Part shown: one piece after another, positions 58,883 through 64,000 of the stretch
Position numbering within the stretch: the first letter of the stretch is position 1
Layout: every line of letters begins with the position of its first letter
Assembly (NCBI GenBank): GCA_963706955.1
Contig: CAVPOC010000001.1
Coordinates: 160,001-224,000 of the forward strand
Reading direction: 5' to 3'
From: an uncultured Verrucomicrobiae bacterium
GTDB taxonomy: Bacteria > Verrucomicrobiota > Verrucomicrobiia > Chthoniobacterales > Terrimicrobiaceae
DNA: 64,000 nucleotides
Position numbers and translations under genes: made by a program
Notes under the pieces: model-generated
The model's input: only the letters and a program-made list of their open reading frames with translations
Databases searched by the model: none
Told to the model about the DNA's origin: nothing

Positions 58883-60523
58883 TTAGGTTTTCACAAGCCC
58901 AAAGAACGCCGAGTGCGGTGGCAGTTTTATCTCGCGCGAAGAGAGAGTTCCGCTGAAGCCGTGGCCTTCAAGCGGAGTGACATCCATGGACGGCGCCAGG
59001 GAGGCGGGCTTCCCGGCCAGGTTGAATACAGCCAGGACGTGTTCCTTTGCGTGCTCCCGAATGAATGCCAAAATATCTTCAGAGGCATCTACAAAGTGAA
59101 TGCCGCCTGATTGAAGGGCCGGGTGCTCCCGCCGCCAGGCAAGAAATTTCCGGCAGACAGTTAGCACCGAGCCTTGGCTCGATTCCTGAACGTCGACGGC
59201 ATGTTCCCGGTGTTCTTCGGGGAATGGCAACCATGGTTCGACGTTGGAGAAACCGCCAAACTTCTCCTGCGCCGTCCAGGGCATCGGCGTGCGGCACCCG
59301 TCGCGTCCCTTGAATTCAGGCCAAAATGCGATGCCGTAGGGGTCTTGCAGCTTTTCGAAGGGAATGTCGGCCTCGGTCAGTCCGAGCTCCTCGCCTTGGT
59401 AAATGCAAACGCTGCCGCGCAGCGAAAGGAGCAAAGCGATCAAGAGTTTGGCAAGGTCTTCCGGCGGGTTGGCACCGCCCCAGCGCGTCATCACACGAAT
59501 CACGTCGTGGTTGCTGAAGGACCAGCACGGCCAGCCATCACCGATGCGCGCTTCCAGGCTCTCCACGGTCTCTCGGATGTGCTTTGCGCTGAACTCACGC
59601 GTCAGCAGATTGAAAAGGTAGGCCATCTGCAGCTTGTTGTTCTCTGACGTGTATTCCGCGATGGTTGCGAAAGGATCATCGGAGCCGATTTCGCCGACCA
59701 TCGTGGTGTCCCGATACTGGTTGAGCAGCGCACGCAGACGTTTCAGAAAGGCCAGGTTCTCTGGCCGCGTTTTGTCGTAAATGTGCCTTTGACGCGCGTA
59801 AGGATTGTTCAGCGCGACCGTGCCGTCCGTGCGCGGAGTGTCTCCCCACGGAGGATTATCGCGCAGTTCCTTGTCGTGGAAGTAGAAGTTCGAGGTATCC
59901 AGGCGAAAGCCCTGCACGCCACGCTCCAGCCAGAATTTTGCCACTTCGAGGATTTGCTTCTGCACTTCCTCATTGTGGAAATTGAGGTCAGGCTGGCTCG
60001 CGAGGAAATTGTGCATGTAATACTGACAGCGGCCGGTATCCCATTGCCACGCCGAGCCCCCAAAGACCGATAGCCAATTATTGGGCGGCGAGCCGTCGGG
60101 TTTCGACTCGGCCCAGACAAACCAATCCGCCTTCGGATCGTCTCGGCTGGAGCGGCTCTCTTTGAACCAGGGATGTTGATCGGAGGTATGGCTGAATACC
60201 TGATCGATCATCACTTTCAAGCCAAGTTCATTGGCTCGCTGCATCATTCGTTCAAAATCTTCAATCGTGCCGAACATCGGATCGACGCCGCAATAGTCCG
60301 AAACGTCGTACCCGAAATCTTTCATCGGCGATCTGAAAAAGGGCGCCACCCAAAAACAGTCAACTCCGAGGCGGGCGATGTAATCCAACTTAGACGTAAT
60401 GCCGGGCAAGTCGCCGATCCCGTCCCCATTGCTGTCAGCGAAACTTCGCGGATAGACTTGATAGATCACCGCGCCACGCCACCACTCGCGGTCCGCGTTT
60501 CCGCTCCGCCGTTCGGTCCTCAT
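58883..60523 (-). CDS. GH13 alpha-glucosidase
   Basis: YQVYPRSF, DFGYD, SHTSDQH, QPDLN, GFRLDT, VGE, NHD motifs. Confidence 0.93.
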   Translation of the reverse strand: MRTERRSGNADREWWRGAVIYQVYPRSFADSNGDGIGDLPGITSKLDYIARLGVDCFWVAPFFRSPMKDFGYDVSDYCGVDPMFGTIEDFERMMQRANELGLKVMIDQVFSHTSDQHPWFKESRSSRDDPKADWFVWAESKPDGSPPNNWLSVFGGSAWQWDTGRCQYYMHNFLASQPDLNFHNEEVQKQILEVAKFWLERGVQGFRLDTSNFYFHDKELRDNPPWGDTPRTDGTVALNNPYARQRHIYDKTRPENLAFLKRLRALLNQYRDTTMVGEIGSDDPFATIAEYTSENNKLQMAYLFNLLTREFSAKHIRETVESLEARIGDGWPCWSFSNHDVIRVMTRWGGANPPEDLAKLLIALLLSLRGSVCIYQGEELGLTEADIPFEKLQDPYGIAFWPEFKGRDGCRTPMPWTAQEKFGGFSNVEPWLPFPEEHREHAVDVQESSQGSVLTVCRKFLAWRREHPALQSGGIHFVDASEDILAFIREHAKEHVLAVFNLAGKPASLAPSMDVTPLEGHGFSGTLSSREIKLPPHSAFFGLVKT

Positions 60524-60588
60524 GACATCTTACTTGGGTCTCGGTAACGCTCTTGATACTGGCGGCCGCCGCGATGCTCTGGCCGCTG

Positions 60589-62097
60589 TCATGCCCGGGC
60601 GTAGGTTTCGGTCCATTGCGCTAAGCGATCGAGTTTCTCGTTTGTGAGCATGTGAGCTTGGAAGCGCCAGTCCCAATTACCGGCGGGTTGGCCGGGGTAA
60701 TTCATGCGAGCCTCGCTGCCCAGATCCAAGACATCCTGGAGGGGCGCGATGGCCATATCGGCCACCGAAGCCCATGCGAGGCGAATCAAATCCCAGGCGG
60801 GCTCGGGATGAGTGCTCCCCAAGTAACGGTGGAGAAAGTCGCGCTCGGCATCGGTTAATCGCGCGTACCACCCGTGCGTGCAGTCGTTATCGTGCGTGCC
60901 AGTATAGGCGACGGTGTGTCGCTCGTAATTATGTGGCAAGAAGCGGTCTTCGGTCGCGCCGCCAAAGGCAAACTGCAAGATCCGCATGCCCGGCCAGCCA
61001 AACTGCCGGCGCAAAGCCTCGACCGGCGGGGTAATCAGACCAAGGTCCTCGGCAATCAACGGCAAACGACCGAGTTGCTCGAGAGCCGAACTGAAAAAGT
61101 CCGCCCCAGGCGCGGAGACCCAGCGTCCATTTATCGCGGTGCTTTCCGTGGCGGGAACCTCCCAGTAGGCCTCAAACCCGCGGAAGTGATCGAGTCGCAC
61201 CATATCGACCTGGTCCAACGTCGCAATCAGCCGATCGAGCCACCAACGATACTTGGTGGCCTGGAGCGCTTCCCAGTTGTAGAGAGGATTTCCCCAGAGC
61301 TGCCCAGTGGCGCTGAAATAGTCTGGCGGCACTCCCGCGACCACCGTTGGTTGCCTATGCTCGTCAAGATGGAAGAGATCGGGATTGGCCCACACGTCGG
61401 CGGAGTCGCTGGATACAAAGATCGGCAAGTCTCCGATTAACTGAATTCCACGCTCGTTGGCATGCCGCTTCAGATCGCCCCATTGGCGGAAGAACAGAAA
61501 TTGAACGAAGCGATGCCGGGCCATCGCCTCGGCGAGTTCTCGCCGGCCCTCAGCCATGGCTGCCTCCTGGCGGAGTCGAATCGGTTCAGGCCATTGCAAC
61601 CAACTCACTCCCCCGTGAGCTTCCTTTAGGGCCATGAAGAGACAGAAATCCTCCAGCCAGGGTGATCGTTGCGAGAACTCTTCCAAAGCGTCGCGGAGGA
61701 CGTTGTCACGCTTGGCTTGGAAATTGGTCCATGCGCGCGAGAGCAGGGCTGTTTTCCACTCCACGACCCTTCCGAAAATCACGCGGTCTTCCCGAAATGG
61801 TCCCACCGCGAGATCGTCCGGCATCAACAAACCGTCCTTGGCGAGCAGTTCAGGGCTGATCAAGAGAGGATTACCGGCGAAAGCCGAAAAACATTGATAG
61901 GGTGAATCGCCATAGCCGGTCGGACCCAGCGGCAAGATCTGCCACCACTTTTGCCGGGCGTGGACGAGTTGGTTGACCCAAGTATGAGCGGATGGTCCGA
62001 GATCGCCGATGCCAAAGCGGCCAGGAAGAGAAGTGGGATGGAGGAGAATGCCAGATGAGCGGATCTCGGCGTCGGAGCTTCCCTCTAACGGTTTCAC
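60589..62097 (-). CDS. malQ: 4-alpha-glucanotransferase (GH77)
   Basis: GILLHPTSLP, GVPPDYFS, RLDHFRG, AEDLG, GTHDN motifs. Confidence 0.95.
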   Translation of the reverse strand: MKPLEGSSDAEIRSSGILLHPTSLPGRFGIGDLGPSAHTWVNQLVHARQKWWQILPLGPTGYGDSPYQCFSAFAGNPLLISPELLAKDGLLMPDDLAVGPFREDRVIFGRVVEWKTALLSRAWTNFQAKRDNVLRDALEEFSQRSPWLEDFCLFMALKEAHGGVSWLQWPEPIRLRQEAAMAEGRRELAEAMARHRFVQFLFFRQWGDLKRHANERGIQLIGDLPIFVSSDSADVWANPDLFHLDEHRQPTVVAGVPPDYFSATGQLWGNPLYNWEALQATKYRWWLDRLIATLDQVDMVRLDHFRGFEAYWEVPATESTAINGRWVSAPGADFFSSALEQLGRLPLIAEDLGLITPPVEALRRQFGWPGMRILQFAFGGATEDRFLPHNYERHTVAYTGTHDNDCTHGWYARLTDAERDFLHRYLGSTHPEPAWDLIRLAWASVADMAIAPLQDVLDLGSEARMNYPGQPAGNWDWRFQAHMLTNEKLDRLAQWTETYARA

Positions 62098-62177
62098 GTC
62101 TTAAATCGCTCTATGCTGAACCGATTAATGACAAAGCGTAGGAGACTGGACGGGTGGCAGGAGTCTTCCGTGTGCTC

Positions 62178-63086
62178 CTATTCCTTCGCCCCACCTGAGG
62201 TCAGGCCGCTCACAACATACTTTTGGCAGACGAGGAACATGACTGTTATCGGCACGCCGCTCAAGACGGCCAGTGCAGCAAAGCGACCCCAGAGCTTTTG
62301 ATGTTCTGCCAAAAAGGAATTGGCGCCCACCGCGAGTGTCCAATTCTCCCGCGCCTGCAGGACAATGGACGCCACCGGGTATTCCGACATGAAGGCGATG
62401 AAGGAGAGAATGAACACGACCGCAAAGATGGGAAGACTCATCGGAAGGAGAATTTGCGTGAAGGTCTGGAACTGCGTGGCCCCGTCGATCCGGGCCGCTT
62501 CCTCCATGCTCGCCGGAATCGTATCGAAGTACCCTTTGAGCATCCAGATGTAACCCGAGATTCCGCCCAAGTAGACCAGAATGAGCCCTGGGTGGGTATT
62601 CAGGCCGAGTGCGGGCAAGTATTGGCCGAGGAAATCGAGAATCACATAGATGGCCACCAACGCGAGCACCATGGGAAACATTTGGAGGATCAGGAGCGAG
62701 CTGAGCGTCGTGGATCTGAACTTGAAATGGAGCCTCGCAAACGCATAGGCCGCTGTTCCGGAGAGGAGGAGGATGCCTATCGTGGCAATCGCGGATATCT
62801 TCACCGAGTTCCAGAACCAAAGTAATGGCGGTGTTTCCGCCTTGACGACGCGCTTTTCTCCTGTGGCCGGATTAACTATCTCTTCGTAGGGAATGCCCAG
62901 AACGTATTTCCAATGCTCGAGGCTGAAATGGTCTGGAAGCAAGCCGCTCGGCGCAAAATTGCCCCGCCGAAATGAAGCCGAGACAACCATGATATATGGC
63001 ACCAGCACAAGAACCAGGAAACTGATCAGCAACCCATGGGTTACCACTCTGCCAAGCTTCGCTTTCTGCTCGGGTTTCAGTTTCAT
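62178..63086 (-). CDS. malG: Maltose ABC permease MalG
   Basis: [31 protein letters not shown] motifs. Confidence 0.92.
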   Translation of the reverse strand: MKLKPEQKAKLGRVVTHGLLISFLVLVLVPYIMVVSASFRRGNFAPSGLLPDHFSLEHWKYVLGIPYEEIVNPATGEKRVVKAETPPLLWFWNSVKISAIATIGILLLSGTAAYAFARLHFKFRSTTLSSLLILQMFPMVLALVAIYVILDFLGQYLPALGLNTHPGLILVYLGGISGYIWMLKGYFDTIPASMEEAARIDGATQFQTFTQILLPMSLPIFAVVFILSFIAFMSEYPVASIVLQARENWTLAVGANSFLAEHQKLWGRFAALAVLSGVPITVMFLVCQKYVVSGLTSGGAKE

Positions 63087-64000
63087 ATTTTCACCTGCCG
63101 CGCGCTTAGCTTTAGGTTGATCCAGGAGAGGGCCCCAACCAGGATGAAAAGCAGGGTGGCGATGGCGCCGGCCAGCCCGTAGTTGGTGCCCGAATCCCGG
63201 AAGGCAATGTTGTACACGAAGTTCACGAGAAGATCGGTTTCGCCAGCATTGCCGCCGACCATCTGCGGCCCGCCGCCAGTTAGGAGAAAGATGAGGTTAA
63301 AGTTGTTGAAATTAAAAGCGAAAGACGAAATGAGGATCGGAATCATCGCGGGAAGCACCAGCGGCAAGGTAAGGCTGAAGAAATCAACCACCTTGTTGCT
63401 CCCATCAATCGCGCTCGCCTCATAGATTGATGAGGGAATGGACTGGAGCATCCCAGTGCAAATAAGCATCATGTAAGGGTAGCCTAGCCAGATATTGACC
63501 AACAGCACCATGGCTCGAGCCCCCCAGGGATTCGTTTCCCATTCGGGAGCAAAGCCGAAAATCCCTCTGAGCATTTCGTTGACCGCGCCAAATTCCTGAT
63601 TGAACAATCCCCTCAAAATAAGGATCGAGAGGATCGCTGGAACCGCATAAGGCAAAATAAGAAGGGTGCGATAGGTTCGTCGAAATCGGATATCCGGCTG
63701 CTCCAGCAGCACAGAGAGGAGCATCCCCACCGAGAACGTTAGCAGGACCGAAAGCGCCGAGAACGCGAACGTCCAGACAAAGATCCTCACGAACGGTCCA
63801 CGAATCCGCGGATCTGTAAGGATCCGCACGTAATTGTAAAAGCCGGCGAACGTGCGAAAGCCGACGCCAACCTTCTCTCCCTTGTCGTTGACGAAGAATC
63901 CTTCCCCAAAATCGGGACGAATAATCGTCCCATCCTTGACATTGGTGAGCGTTCCGTCCGGATTCAGCTTCCAAAGTCGCTGTCGCGAAGCAAATTTCGT
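63083..64000 (-). CDS. malF: Maltose ABC permease MalF (partial, runs off window end)
   Basis: [36 protein letters not shown] motifs. Confidence 0.9.
   Translation of the reverse strand, partial: TKFASRQRLWKLNPDGTLTNVKDGTIIRPDFGEGFFVNDKGEKVGVGFRTFAGFYNYVRILTDPRIRGPFVRIFVWTFAFSALSVLLTFSVGMLLSVLLEQPDIRFRRTYRTLLILPYAVPAILSILILRGLFNQEFGAVNEMLRGIFGFAPEWETNPWGARAMVLLVNIWLGYPYMMLICTGMLQSIPSSIYEASAIDGSNKVVDFFSLTLPLVLPAMIPILISSFAFNFNNFNLIFLLTGGGPQMVGGNAGETDLLVNFVYNIAFRDSGTNYGLAGAIATLLFILVGALSWINLKLSARQVKI

Noticed and set aside
62085..62130. LacI-type operators near the malQ start
   Set aside because: Only weak half-palindromes inside an apparent operon.
1..64000. tRNA, rRNA, transposase, integrase, prophage or known defence genes
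   Set aside because: None recognised by eye; a covariance-model scan would be needed to exclude small RNAs.

Overview
GC-rich, gene-dense bacterial window. The gene content (Bat operon end, H-X9-DG prepilin, eukaryote-type UGPase, GTAG-type REP hairpins) suggests Verrucomicrobiota/PVC, which is an inference. In order it holds: the end of a bat operon; birA; a UbiA/GT-C pair; hisS-aspS; UGPase; an aryl-polyene-like tailoring/export cluster; an RsbU/RsbW pair; nfeD-floA; a pseudopilin; a two-component/general-stress island (DUF1328, CBS, OsmC, LemA/TPM, DUF72); a synthase-less C30 carotenoid operon; and a maltose/alpha-glucan locus split by two paralogous MFS genes with a duplicated hairpin-rich unit between them. 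I found no rRNA, tRNA, CRISPR array, transposase or phage gene. Six otherwise intact genes carry +1 frameshifts, most likely sequencing errors. The most unusual items are a GcvH paralog without the lipoyl lysine, a probable pseudo-histidine kinase, a hybrid kinase split by one in-frame TAA, a prepilin needing a CTG start, a truncated carotenoid ALDH and the 182-bp structured repeat. All calls come from motif recognition by eye; no database searches were run.
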